Below are positions 24,940 through 38,460 of a stretch of 64,000 bases of DNA, one piece after another. Within the stretch, counting starts at the first letter, position 1; each line of letters opens with the position of its first letter. Source of the DNA: Octopus vulgaris. Lineage: Eukaryota. The DNA lies in assembly GCA_951406725.2 (NCBI GenBank), contig OX597821.1, positions 24,800,001 to 24,864,000 of the forward strand, in the 5' to 3' direction. The notes below the pieces were generated by a model. The model was not told the DNA's origin, did no database searches, and worked only from the letters and a program-made list of their open reading frames with translations. Position numbers and translations under genes: made by a program.

Positions 24940-26829
24940 GCCAAGGAAACCGGGAAACCAGCCCATATATATATTACATGGAAAAATGCGAGCATTTAAT
25001 ATTCTTAGGATTATACACCTGGAAAAGTACAGGACAAGCTGTTACTTCTAGTAAAGTAAAAAATAAGAAAGTTTTTACTTAAAATATTGCAGCAAAGAAT
25101 GCCAGTTCTTCTAATTTATCACTCTTTACAGTTCTCATCTTATATATATTTTAAATCTCTTATATCCATGAACCTTTAAAACATTTATATCGCTAGATCT
25201 ACCACGGAAATAAACCTCCCCATTTTACTTTGATTTATTTTTACCTTCTTAACGTCTCCTACTAACAGCGTTACCCTGTTATCTTACTATATTTCACTAA
25301 TGGTTAAATTTGAGCTTGCTAAAGAACTATAACGGGCAACTTTGCTATAATTTCTACTGCTTCTTCTAACCGAAAGTTGCTAAAAGGATATCTTGTATAT
25401 TCAACGCTCGTATATTTCTGGTTAGAGGGCAAGTAACAAATTTTGAATATGTACGCGTTTTCATAGGAGATGGCTAAAATCTTGATTGATACCTTAACCT
25501 TATTTATTGACAAAGAGTTTGATAGGAAAAGTTGTTCGATAATGTAACACAAATCTTGAGGATGATAAATGAAAAGGCAAGAATTACTTATTTAGCCAAT
25601 TAAAAACCAAACGTGGAACGGAACTTGTTGGCATTGCTTGTGGTACACAGGTGGTGCACAACTGTCTCCAAACAGTTCTTGATGTATTATCAATTGTATT
25701 ATCAAAATTACGAACTCAAATGCTTCCTTTTTTTATCTTGATGTTTTCTTTTTTTCCGATATTTACCTTTTTTTTATTCTGATGTCATAAACTTCGAAAG
25801 AGCATGAAATAATTCTTTTTCGGAATGACGGATCTGGAAGCAGAAAAGTTATAAATAATGCGTATAAATTTTGGATTAAAAACCCCCGTCCAGAAAAAGT
25901 CAAAGATGCCCCTATCCAAGGGGATATATTTAATCCAATATTTACGCGCTATTATTTATAGCATTTCTGCTTCAAAATCCATCGTTCCAAAGAATTTTTA
26001 TTTTTATCGTTGGGTGTATGAGTTATGCTAGATGAAACTTTAGCTCAAAAAGTTTTCCGGCCAACTTTGACGAATTGCTAGATAAGCTGAAATTCATATC
26101 ACAACAGAATGGATGAAAAGTAAATATGACCGCAAGAAGCATTAAATTGGTAATTTCTTTTTTTTTTTTTTAAGCAATTAAATTTTGGACACGAAAAAAT
26201 CTTCAAAATACGCCTATAAATCCCAGCACACATACGCTTTCACTTTAGAGTTAGAAAAAGCAGGAAAGCTCACGCAGCTTTCTCCTCTTTTCAAACAATA
26301 AAATAGTTTCTGTGATATACTAATTAAAGACTAACTCGCATAAAAGTGAACTAGTATCAACATTTTTTTCTAGATTTTAAAAAAAAAAGCGAAAAAAATG
26401 GAACAGAATTTCAAACCCACTGGGACGCTGAGACAAATTTACTGAACAGGCACAACCCCAGTCAAATCAAGACCTATGCAAATCCCCTATATGTGTTTGC
26501 GTGTGTGTACGTGCGTGCGTGCGTACGAGTGCGTATGTATGTGAGTGACAGAGCCTTCGTCTTTGTTTAAATATCTCTCCAAGTGAAGGAAATTCTGAAA
26601 TAACAGCCGCATCGTTGCGAAGCGAGAAATTTTGCTCTTGCTTGTTTCCGGATTACTTGGCTTCGTAGGTGAAACTCTTAGTGGTGTTGTGCAAGCTGTT
26701 ATTGACTTCAAATTTCAGCTCGCGCATTGTTGACAGCCGTTGTCTTTACCATCTAGGATAAGATAATTTGTTAGCGATGGTCATGCTTATCGACGAGTTA
26801 ACATCCACCATGCATGTATGTATGTAGAT

Positions 26830-27048
26830 CAGTGCTTTTGAACATTTTTGCTGGAGCGGAACCCCAACGAAACATTCCACTGGCTCGAGGAACCCCTGTG
26901 CAATAATTTAATAGTCTTATGCACACATATCTGCACAGGAGAATTAAAAATTACTGCCAATTTTAACAGTTTTGTAACTTCTTGCGGAACCCCTGGACTG
27001 TACTGGCGGAACCCTAAAGTTCCGCGGAACCCTGGTTGAAAACCACTG
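26830..27048. mobile_element. hAT (Charlie-like) MITE, copy 2
   Basis: CAGTG...CACTG termini; perfect 8-bp TSD ATGTAGAT (26822-26829, 27049-27056). Confidence 0.9.
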
Positions 27049-27479
27049 ATGTAGATAAATAGGTATGACCTTATTACAGGGTTGGCAGTGTCTTGGGAAG
27101 GCAATATAGAATGGGCCCGTGAAAGAAAGAACCTATAACATGAAGAACTTCAAGAATCGTATGTGGCACAAAGATAGCAGGCGGTAGACAGTGCTTCTAA
27201 GGGGGGTGGGACGTCGCGAATATATAGCAAACATGTGCAAACTTTTGCGAGAAGAGGGCAGCATGAAACATGGCTCCTCATCAGCGAGCAGTACTGCTAA
27301 AAAGATTCAAGGTAATATTTCGTTATGCGTGCCATTTAGAAATTCCAGCGGGCCACAATTTGTCCTTAGCTAGATCCATAAACCTAGGTCCGTTAGATCC
27401 AACATGGTTGGCATTAGACATAGGAAGACTAATTGTAAAATGTCACATAGATTGGAAATGAAATCAGAAAATTCGGAGG

Positions 27480-27842
27480 TGCAAATATAGCTGTGTTGAG
27501 AAGTTTGCTTCCGAACCTCATGGTTCTGAGATCAGTCCCACTGCATGTCACCTTGGGGAAAGGTCTCCTACTAAAGCCTCGGGTAGATCAAAGCCTTGTG
27601 AATGGGTTTAGTTGATAGAAGTAGCTCGTTGTATATATATAAAATATATATATATAGAAGTAAATATATGGCACAACGAAGTACCGATATTTACTGGAAA
27701 ATAGCGAACGTAATAAATATTTATTACGTTCGCTATTTTCCAGTAAATATCGGTACTTCGTTGTGCCATATATTTACTTCTATGTATAATTTTCCCTCAC
27801 GGGCTATTCTTTACTGGAAAGCAATACTTTCGTATTGCATTA

Positions 27843-27922
<80 letters not shown>

Positions 27923-28155
27923 AAAGAGAGAGAGAGAGATGTGCGCATGAGTGTGTGCGTATGTGCGCGTGTCTTTTTGTGTATGTTTGTATCCCACTAC
28001 CGCTTTAGAGCCTCCGTAACTTAGTTGTTCGGCGATATTGACCGACAGAATAAGTACAAGGTTTAAAGAAATAAGTACCGGGGTCGTTCGACTAAAATTC
28101 TTCAAGGCGATGCCCCAGCATGGCTGAAGTCTAACAACTGAAACAAGTAAAAAAT
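27480..28155 (+). mobile_element. Degenerate SINE family B interrupted by a palindromic insert
   Basis: Family B head at 27480-27630 and tail at 27970-28155; the insert sits at the internal microsatellite. Confidence 0.65.
27654..27783. repeat. Perfect 130-bp spacerless palindrome
   Basis: Centre TAATAAAT|ATTTATTA between 27718 and 27719; the arms are exact reverse complements over 65 bp. Confidence 0.95.
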
Positions 28156-29077
28156 GGAGAGGGCAGAAACATGCGTGGGAAAGACCAATGCTTAGAGGAA
28201 AAAACAAATTATCAGTGAGAAATAAAATAGGTGCTGCATGGCTGGAATGGTCACAGCTGCAGCAAATTTAATGTGGTTACTGCATGGATAAGAAAGGGGA
28301 AGAATGCAGGCTACAGTGTACGAGGGGCTCCTGAATAGTTCCTGGCTTTGGGTAAAAGAAAATACAGGAGGATCAGTTAATTATGATTTTATTCAACATA
28401 TTCCCCTCTCAGATTTATACACTTATTGCTGCGGTCTTTCAGTTTTTCTAAGCCCTGTAAAAGAACTCGGAAAGGCCTCCAACCAGGTCTTTCGGGAGAC
28501 CCTAAAAGCCAGGAACTTACCTACCCTCGTAGGTAAGAATTTTGCTTCTCAATCACATGTTAGTTTCTACTGTGCGGGTTCGTTCCTACTGCGCGACTAC
28601 TCGGGCAAGTGTTTCTACAACTATACTCGCCACCCCCAAAGACGTGTGGGTGAATTTGATAAACAGAAACTGAAGGAAGCCTGTCGTGTATTTATGTGCG
28701 GGGAAGGTGTCTGTGTTGGTCATATTCCCGCCTCACTGCTTGACAATCGGAGTCGGCTTGTTTTCATTCCCGTAACTTAGCAATGGGGTGAAAAGGGATC
28801 CGATAGCATAAGAACCAGGCTTCAACAATAAGTACTGAGTTCGATTTGTTCGGCTAAACCCTTCAGAGCGGTGCCCCAGCATCGTCGCAATTAAAAGATA
28901 AAACCTGAAAGATAATAGCAATAATGCTGCTCGGCACCGCTGCAGGGAGTGATACAGAAGGTACACATATCCTTATGCACTCCAGTCGACAGATGATGAA
29001 GGTAAGTGGCTCGCATTGCACTGCGGGATATTCTTTCCATCACCTGTCGAAGTGGAGACCATATATGTATGTGTGTG

Positions 29078-29187
<110 letters not shown>

Positions 29188-29327
29188 AGAATATGTTTGT
29201 GCGTGTGTGTGTATATATATGTGTGCATGTGTATATATATGTGCGCGCGCGTGTGCGTATGTAGGTGTGAGTACGTGTGCATGTGTGTGTGTGTGCGTAT
29301 GCGCGCGTGTGGGGGACGTATGCAATA

Positions 29328-29740
29328 TACGGTGTTCGGGATAAATTTGACAGTTTGCATAAAAAGAAAAGAAAGCAAAAAGAAAAGAATTTTAAAAGAT
29401 AGTAAAAATACAAAGTAGATTATGTTCTGGCAGCAAAAAGTTTACTCAAAATAGCCGTCCTCAGCTTCCAGCACGGCCTCGAAACGGCTCCGAAACCAGG
29501 CGCATGCGTTACTCATTGTATCCTTGTCAAGATTTTCGAAGACCTTCTTTATCTCGGTCACCAGCTCGGCCTTGGAAGTTACAGACAGAGTGGTTGGTGT
29601 CTTTCTCGGCAGCGCCCCCAACTTGGAGAATTAGGAGGCCAGAAATTGGGACTAGTGAAGTCGTAGAAATTCTCTGACCACCACTTCTGACTCTTTTCGG
29701 AGGTATGGTAAGGAGCCAGATCCTGCTGCCACATATATGA
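29328..29740 (-). mobile_element. Tc1/mariner (maT-like) transposase 3' fragment
   Basis: GAAEKDTNHS...DKDTMSNACAWFRSRFEAVLEAEDGYFE C-terminus; TIR-like TACGGTGTTCGGGATAAA. Confidence 0.65.
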
Positions 29741-29741
29741 C

Positions 29742-29830
<89 letters not shown>

Positions 29831-30009
29831 GCGTGCGTGCGTGTGCGTATATGCGTGTGTATGTGTGTATGTACTGCTATGTAGGTTTTGTAAAAGAGGC
29901 TTAATGATTCAAATAAGTGTGGTGGATCATTGTCTATGAGTCTGTGTGTTAGTGTGTGTGTGTGTATGTGTGTGTATGTGTGTGTATGTGTGTGTGTGTG
30001 TGTGTGTGC

Positions 30010-31405
30010 GTGTTGATACTTGGTTAATTTCTGGTGGGACACTTGTAGAGGATTCTGAGAACGAGGAGTTGTATATGGCAGACGAGACATATACGTCTGG
30101 AGACGTTGAACATAACTCAACAGGTCTGAGAAATCCTGTGGGAAAGCAGGCAAGAATTTTCCAAGTAAGATCAGGATTTTCCATTTTATTAGGTAAGATC
30201 AGCGTGGTGTTATGGACTAATTCTGCGATGTGTGCCTGATTCCTTCCTTGACATTGGCATAAATATCAAGAAGAATAAGTGGAAGGTATTCCCACCAGTT
30301 TTTGCTGTCGGAGTATGCATTAGGAGCGGACATTAACTTTCAGTAAATGCGCTCAATCATGCCGTTGGCTGCGAAATGATAAGCTGTTGTGCGAATGTAC
30401 TTACACCCGAGGAGACATGTTAGTTTAGTGAACCTGTGCGACTCGAACCGACATCCTCTGTCCATCTTATTGTTGCGAATGTTCCAAAAGGCGATACCCA
30501 GAGTAATACCAGAGTTTTGGCAACAGATTCCCCTGAAGTATAAGATCGAAGACTTCAGACCATCGGTAGAATCGTCACCCTTAAACCCAGACTGTCTTGC
30601 TTCTCGGAGGGGAAAGTGTATCTTTAAAAACAAAACAATGTGACCCATAGTGGCAGGAGTTCTTGCCGATTTTAAGGTGGTACCACTATCTCAAATCTGC
30701 GGATGAGTAACGCCGGGACTTCGGGAATGACGATGATCAAAATGCCAGGACTGGCTATTGCTGCATCGAGGTCGACTGCGAAGTGTCAAAGCTTGAGTTT
30801 GCGCTGTATGTTCTTGAATCTGCGCGTTCACTAGGGATCGAAGGCCCGCAATTTTCGAACTATCGGAAGACGAAGCGAAAGGGTTTGGGGGGAGGGGTAT
30901 TATTGGTGCTACTTGGGTCACAATCGAAAACCGGGTAGCAACTTTGCGATTCTATCCGCCAATTCAGCCAACGCCTCATTACATTTAGATTTCTTGGTAG
31001 AGGCGAGGATGAATTGCGTTCTGGAGAGTAATCTCTTCAGGAACGGTTCTTTAAATAAGTTACCCTGAAGTGTATTGACGCTCATGTGTTATTTCATTCG
31101 GTGCAAGAGCTGCGACGGGGTTTTTTTTTATCACCAAGTTTTCCTGCTATTAGAAGTTGTTCAGACTAGCTTCCGCTGTTAAATGAGTTCCTTCACAAAA
31201 GTGTCGAACGAGACAATGTTGGGTGCAGCGTTTACCAAATCTCTGACTGCTATGATGACGTCTAGTGAAAGAGAACGGACGTTATGTGCCGTTATCGCTG
31301 ACGCTCCGGTTCACAGTGAACTGCTTTGATGTGTGTGAACCACAGACCCGGATCGTGAGTCCAGAACGGCGGAACCTTTAAGGTAATCGCTGACTGAGTA
31401 ACATA
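30010..31405 (-). mobile_element. Gypsy LTR-retrotransposon remnant (gag and integrase fragments)
   Basis: Gag-like LKVPPFWTHDPGLWF and PSQLLHRM; integrase-like IRTTAYHFAANGMIER (compare RTTAYHPQANGMVER). Confidence 0.75.
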
Positions 31406-31417
31406 TACATGTGTATG

Positions 31418-31451
<34 letters not shown>

Positions 31452-31465
31452 TGTATGTATGTATG

Positions 31466-31573
<108 letters not shown>

Positions 31574-31635
31574 TGGATGGATGGATGGATGTATATACAT
31601 ATGTATATGTATATATGTATATGTATATGTATGTA

Positions 31636-31866
31636 AGGCGTCGAACTGGCAGAAACGTTAGCACGCCGGGCGAAATGCATAGCCGTATTTCGTCTGTCGT
31701 TACGTTCCGGGTTCAAATTCCGCCGAGGTCGACTTTGCCTTTCATCCTTTCGGAGTCGATAAATTAAGTACCAGTTACGCACTGGGGTCGAAGTAATCGA
31801 CTTAATCCCTTTGTCTGTCCTTGTTTGTCCCCTCTGTGTTTAGCCCCTTGTGGGTAGTAAAGAAAT
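31636..31866 (+). mobile_element. SINE family A
   Basis: Near-identical to 8647-8880. Confidence 0.9.
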
Positions 31867-32374
31867 ATATATATATATAATATGTAATATATATATGTAG
31901 GTATGTATGTATCTACATACATACATACATACATACATACATACATACATACATACATACATGTATGTATGTATGTATGTATGTATGTATGTATGTATAT
32001 ATGTATGTATGTAGATACATACATATATACACATACATTTGTTCTCCATAACTTAATGCAATAAAGTGTTTCCCGACGATCAGTTCTAGTTAAGTATACT
32101 ATTGCACTTGCACTCAATGCGGGGTTTTGAGCAACCATAATGGTGAAACGTGCGTACGGATTAATAACATAGACTTGTGTTGATCTTAATTTCTGCTTCA
32201 TTTGCTCTGTATTTCATAACTGGTAAAACCACTTAGTATAGGAGTTACTTAACCACTATACTGGGAGCCGATTGGGAAATTATTATTCACGTGGAACTCA
32301 AACATTAACAGTAGCAAACGTACATGCGTTTGTACACACACACACACACACACACACATACACACACACACACC

Positions 32375-32604
32375 TTTCTTTTATTCTTTTACTTGTTTCA
32401 GTCATTTGACTGCGGCCATGCTGGAGTACCGCCTTTAATCGAGCAACTCGACCCCGGGACTTATTCTTTTGTAAGCCCAGTACATATTCTATCGGTTTCA
32501 TTTGCTGAACTGCTAAGTAACGGGGACATAAACACACCAGCATCGGTTGTCAAGCAATGCTGGGGGGACAAACACAGACACACAAACACACACACACACG
32601 CATG

Positions 32605-32636
<32 letters not shown>

Positions 32637-32800
32637 TACGACGGGCTTCTTTCAGTTTCCGTCTACCAAATCCACTCACAAGGCTTTGGTCGGCCCGAGG
32701 CTATAGTAGAAGACACTTGCCCAAGGTGCCACGCAGTGGGACTGAACCCATAACCATGTGGTTGGTAAGCAAGCTACTTACCACACAGCCACTCCTACGC
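32375..32800 (-). mobile_element. SINE family B, full length
   Basis: Complete reverse-complement copy with internal (CA)n(TA)n. Confidence 0.9.
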
Positions 32801-33270
32801 CTATATATAACATAATGCCTGTATATAACATAATGCCTTTCCACTCGTGACCAAAGAAAACTGTCACTGACCACTACCTTTGCAAAAGGTTAGTAATGCC
32901 TTTGCAAAATTTCAGGTCTACTAAGACTTGCACAACACTTCATAAACTATTCCCACTCTATCGACATGATCCAGAAACAAACCGAAGCAAGATATCTCGT
33001 GCCAATATGAGTCGCTGGCCCAGGAATGTAGGAACGCCATGATCTCAAGCGCAAGCAAAAGATCCCCAAAGGGTCCAACGCCATTCCCTACATATCTGGT
33101 TTTATAACAGAGTGACCTTAACCTTAAGGACATGCTTTAACAAAACCTGAGGGGGACCTCATTCCTAGTTGTCTTTCAGCACGCCGGACACAAAGATGTG
33201 TGTATGCATGCACATACATACGTACATACATACATACATACATACATACATACATACATACATACATACA

Positions 33271-33303
<33 letters not shown>

Positions 33304-33884
33304 GTATTCATACGTATATACATACACACATACACGCACGTATTAGTATATTATTTACTTATAGCTGGGACAACAGGAAAAATGACAATTTTCGCTTACT
33401 TTTAAATTCACTTAAAAAAGGAAAAAAAAAAAAGAAACAGATATAATTTGTCATTTCTATCACGATGAACCTGACATTGCTGAAAGCTCTCTGCTACTCA
33501 TTTCCTTTAGCGCCCTAAGATCGTGTATATTATGTGGTTAATCCAGCCCTGCTCCCAAGATTGATTCTATTTAATTTATCATTTCATCAGAAAGCAGTGG
33601 CCTTGTGTAAACAGAAAATATATCATTTTATTGTTTAAAAAAACTGCTTGATAATCCTAAGCAGAGAACATTTCACTATCCTGAATGAAATAGGGACGGG
33701 TGCATTTTAATGACAATAACAACTTCATAACATAATCCGTTATTATAATAGGCAGTGTCCATGTGGAGGTGTGTGCGTGTGTATGCGGGAGAGAAAGAGA
33801 GTATGTGTGTGTGAATGTATGCGTATGTGTATACATATATTCACGCTCATATATAGATGTGTATATATAGATGTGTATATATAG

Positions 33885-33930
<46 letters not shown>

Positions 33931-34035
33931 ATGTATGTATATGTATATATATGTATGTATATGTATATGTGTGTGTGTATATACACATATATATATGTAT
34001 ATGTATGCGTGTATGTATGCATGAAAATAGACAGA

Positions 34036-34069
<34 letters not shown>

Positions 34070-35568
34070 CACAGGCGTATGGATATATTTGTTTGTATGT
34101 GTATATATGTGTATGTGTAAGTATTCATGTATATATACATACACACATATATACACACCCTCATACCCAGAAACAAATCTGTGTGTGTGTTTTGATTTGT
34201 GTTGTGTATTTACCCATTTCAAATCGTTGGGGCAGGATTTTTATTGTGAGACCATTTGTACTTTTGTATTGAATACCATCAAGTTAATGGCCTGGACAGA
34301 GGTTCTCTCTGTTTGTAGAGAGAGAACTGCTGCATGTGTAAACGGTGGAGTGGAGGAGGAAGTGCAAAAAAAGAATTCAAACAACCAAAAAAGTAGATTA
34401 AGAAATCATTATGAAGGTAAAAAGAGCAAGAGAATAGAGAGGGGGAAAGAAAGAGGGGGAGAAAGTGAAAGTGAAAGAAAGATAGGAGTGGTAAAAGAAA
34501 ATTTTAATGGGTAAAGGGAGCAACAAGTAGTGGGGTGAACATTATAGAGAGTTCGCTGTACTACAAGTAATGGGGTGAAAGCTGTAAGGACCAGAGTGAG
34601 CACCAAGCGTTTAGCAACGTAATGGCGCTTAAATTTTACTTTCGTTTGCTATTTTGTTTTATTAGCAGATGCTTATTGTCAGAGAGAGAGAAGAGGGCGA
34701 TAATATATTGTTCGTAATGTAAGACCCACTCCAAATCAACTTCTATGAGGGAACCAGATACTTCATCAGCTTCAGCTTAAAATATGTATAAAGTGAGATA
34801 GCGCTGTGTGTATACACTGTTTAAGAGATATATTATGTTACACACCATAATGGTAGTGGAGTGGCAGAAACAGCAGAGCGTTGGGCGTGATGCAATTAAA
34901 CTATGCTGTTCTATTGTCGCCATGTAGTGAGTTCAAACTAAGTACTCGTGAAATACTGGAATCAACGCAATTGATTATACCTCATCCGTCTATGGACCTG
35001 TGCAAATACAGGACTTCTTTTTTATTTTTGAGAAATTCTAAGGTGTAAAAGGGCAAAAACAATAGAGACCCATACAATACAGTATTGGATTTCATTTTTC
35101 AAATCCAACGAGAATCAACTTTATTTTTCATGCTTCAAATCTAACATTGAAGCCAAAGGCTACTCAAAGGTACAACTCTGGTCCCTCGACTTTTTCATTG
35201 TCTAATAGACAAGACACCAAAACGAAGGTTCTCAACGTCAAATAATAAAAATTCAGCTTTCTTCCAGTTCATTTTCCAAGTCAAATCCCGCTACTGTAAT
35301 AAATATACCTTATCTTATTCATTACTTTTTACTTCTTTCTTTCTTTTACTTGTTGCAGGCATTAGACTGCATCCATGCTGGGGTACTGCCTTGAAAGGTT
35401 TAGTTCAACAGATCGACCCAAGTACATATATTCTTAAAACCTGATATTTATTCTACCAGCCAATTTTTGCCGAATTACTAAGTTACGGGGACGTAAACAA
35501 ACCAACACTTCTTGTCAAGTGGTAGTGGGCAGCAAATACAAACACACACACACACACACATGTCTATG

Positions 35569-36374
35569 CAGGATGCGGTGAATAAACTATCGTTTTAATT
35601 ACGCAAAAATGAAAATAACAGTGACATCTCATTATAACAGATATATTTACCAAAATTAAACAGAAATATCTTGAAATACTAAAGAGTAAATTTATTCAAT
35701 AAAATCGCCATTTGCTTCAATCACGGTCTCCAGACGACTTCGGAATCTCCTGCAATTCTTCTGGACGTTCTCCTTGTTAAAGTTGGTGAATACTGCCATA
35801 ATCCTTGCCTTCAGTTCATCTTTGGTGTTACAACGAGTTTTGTTGGTCTCTTGCTCAACCGAGCCCCACAAATAATAATTAAGAAGGTTGGAGTTTGGGT
35901 TGTTTGGTAGCTAGATGTTAGGGTTTATGTGGAAATTGTCTGACACTCATGAGTGGGTTCTCCTGCTTGTGTGACATGGTGCAAAGTCTTGTTGCCAGTC
36001 ATGGGGTCTTCCAGCAGCCACCCTCTTGACCCAGGGCAGCACTACCCCCTCCAGGAACTTGAGGTAGGCCTCCATGTTGAGGCCGTGTGGGAAGATGAAT
36101 GGAGGTATAACGTCGCCATCACTAGTGATCACTTCAAACACCAGGATATTGAGTGGATGTTTGATTTTTATCGCTCTCGGTACATGTCCTCAGATTGCAC
36201 TGTCCTCAGATTGACAAGCACTCTGAAATGTTCGTATTGGAGCTTCCGGCACAAATGCCAAGCAGTACAGCATGTCGTTTCCAAATTTCTGGCTGAGTGA
36301 ATTGTTTCATGGTGCTGTTTCAAAATCAAAAACAAACAATTAAAAATATAAAATGACGACAATTTACCCATCAC

Positions 36375-36380
<6 letters not shown>
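35569..36380 (-). mobile_element. Internally deleted maT/mariner-like transposon nested in a SINE B
   Basis: SDGDVIPPFIFPHG...YLKFLEGVVLPW...WQQDFAPCHTS; degenerate TIRs; SINE B halves at 35335-35560 and 36420-36570. Confidence 0.8.
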
Positions 36381-36421
<41 letters not shown>

Positions 36422-36605
36422 CGGGCTTCTTTCAGTTTCTGTCTACCATGTCCACTCACAAGGCTTTGGTCGATATGGGGCTACAATAGAAAATGCCCAA
36501 GATGCCACGCAGAAGGACTGAACTGGGAACCATGTCGTTGGGAAGAAAAATTCTTACCACACCGACACGCCTCTACCCGTTTATTTTATTTTATTTATTT
36601 AAACT

Positions 36606-37252
36606 GAATCCTGGCAAAAACAAAACACAGAAGAAAAGTCGCAGAAAAAAAAGCCACAAGAAAAAAGTCACGGCGGTTTTATCCGGGGGGGGGGGTGCGA
36701 GGGAGTTTGTCCTGGGGGGTTTTGTCCGGATCCCATAAATTAATTGTGACTTTTTTTTTCCTGTGACTTTATTACTGGTCACCAACCTAACAAAGCCGGA
36801 TTTACCAAAATCAAAATGTATTATTTCTGAGAGCAGCAAAGAGTTGGTGTAAAAGAGAATATTTTTTTCAATGCCAGATTTATCATGGTGTAAATAGTAC
36901 GTTATAACAGGTTTTTTTTAAGTGTTGAAAGTTTACATTCTCTTTTCTTTTTGCTGTTTCGCGAGTTATGAAAAAATAATTTGTATAATTTAGTTTTTAG
37001 AGGTAACCGGTAATAAAGTCACAAGAAAAAATGTCACAGTAATAAAGTCACAATTTAGGAAAAAAAAGTCACAGGAAAAAAGTCGCAATTAATTTATGGT
37101 GGCCGGTAATAAAGTCACAGGAAAAAAAAGTCAATTAATTTATGGGAGCCGGACAACTCCCCTCCACTAGGACATAGCCCCCTCGGACAACCCACACTCC
37201 GGACAAAACCCCGGAGACTTCTTTTTCTGTGACATTTTTTTTTACCTGGACT
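36606..37252. mobile_element. MITE-like element with internal AAAAGTCACAG subrepeats in both orientations
   Basis: Ends GAATCCTGGCAAAA / TTTTACCTGGACTC; internal inverted blocks; no clear TSD. Confidence 0.5.
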
Positions 37253-37329
37253 CGTTATGTTTGATCCAGTATTTATTTTTTTAACAAATTTATGGTTTTT
37301 GTATAAATGTTAAAAAAATATCTCAGCTT

Positions 37330-38460
37330 CAGACGCGTAAAGTTCTGATTTCAAATTCCGTCGAGGCCGACTTTGTCTTTCATCACTTTCAGGTCGTTGC
37401 TGCCTTTCTACTAAAATTTTAAACCATTATTATCTTAAGGCGGCGTAACAGCAAGTTGGCAGAAGTATTAGCAGTCTAGAAGACAAGCTTAGCAGCATTT
37501 GGTCCGTCTTTAAGTTCTGAGTTGAAATGTAACCGAGATCGACTTTGCCTTTTATCCTTTCGGGGTCGATGAAAAAAGTACCAGTTGAGCCCTAGGGTCA
37601 ATGTAATCGACTTTTCCCCTCCCCACAAAATTTCAGGCCTTGTGCCTATAGTACAAAGAATTATTATGATATTTTACCGAAGACGATGAGCTAGCAGAAT
37701 TATTAGAACGCCGGGTAAAATGTTTAGCGGTATTTCGTCCATCTTTACGTACAGTGTTCAAATTTCGTCGAGATTGACTTTACATTTCATCCTTTCGGAA
37801 CCGATAAAATAAGTACCAGTCAAGTACTGGGGTCGGTGTAATCGACTATCCCACTCCATAAAATTCAGTAGAAAGGATTAATAAGACGGTAAGCTGGCAG
37901 AATCATTAGCGCGTCGGACAAAATGCTTAGCGGTATTTCGTCTGCCGTTACGTTCTGATTTCAAATTCCGCCGAGGTCGACTTTGCCTTTCATCCTTTCG
38001 GGGTCAATTAAATAAGTACCAGTTACGCACTGGGGTCGATATAATCGACTTTATCTGTTTGTCTGTCCTTGTTTGTCCCCTCTATGTTTAGCCCCTTGTG
38101 GGTAGTAAAGAAATATATATTTCGTCTGTCGTTGCGTTCTGAGTTCAAATTCCGCCGAGGTCGACTTTGCCTTTCATCCTTTCAGGGTCGATTAAATAAG
38201 TACCAGTTACACACTGGGGTCGATATAATCGACTTAATCCGTTTGTCTGTCCTTGTTTGTCCTCTCTGTGTTTAGCCCCTTGTGGGTAGTAAAGAAATAG
38301 GTATTTCTTCCCTGTTTTAATGTTCTGAGTTCATATATCACCGCGGTCAACTTTACCTTCCATCTTTTTTAGATTGATAAAATAGTGAGATACTGGAGTC
38401 GATGTAATCAGCTGACCCTTCCCTCCAGTTTCTGGCCTTGTACCTGAAACAAGGTAATTG
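37330..38460 (+). mobile_element. Head-to-tail array of about 6 SINE family A copies
   Basis: Core GACTTTGCCTTTCATCCTTT repeats at about 37370, 37541, 37776, 37979, 38163 and 38349. Confidence 0.85.
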
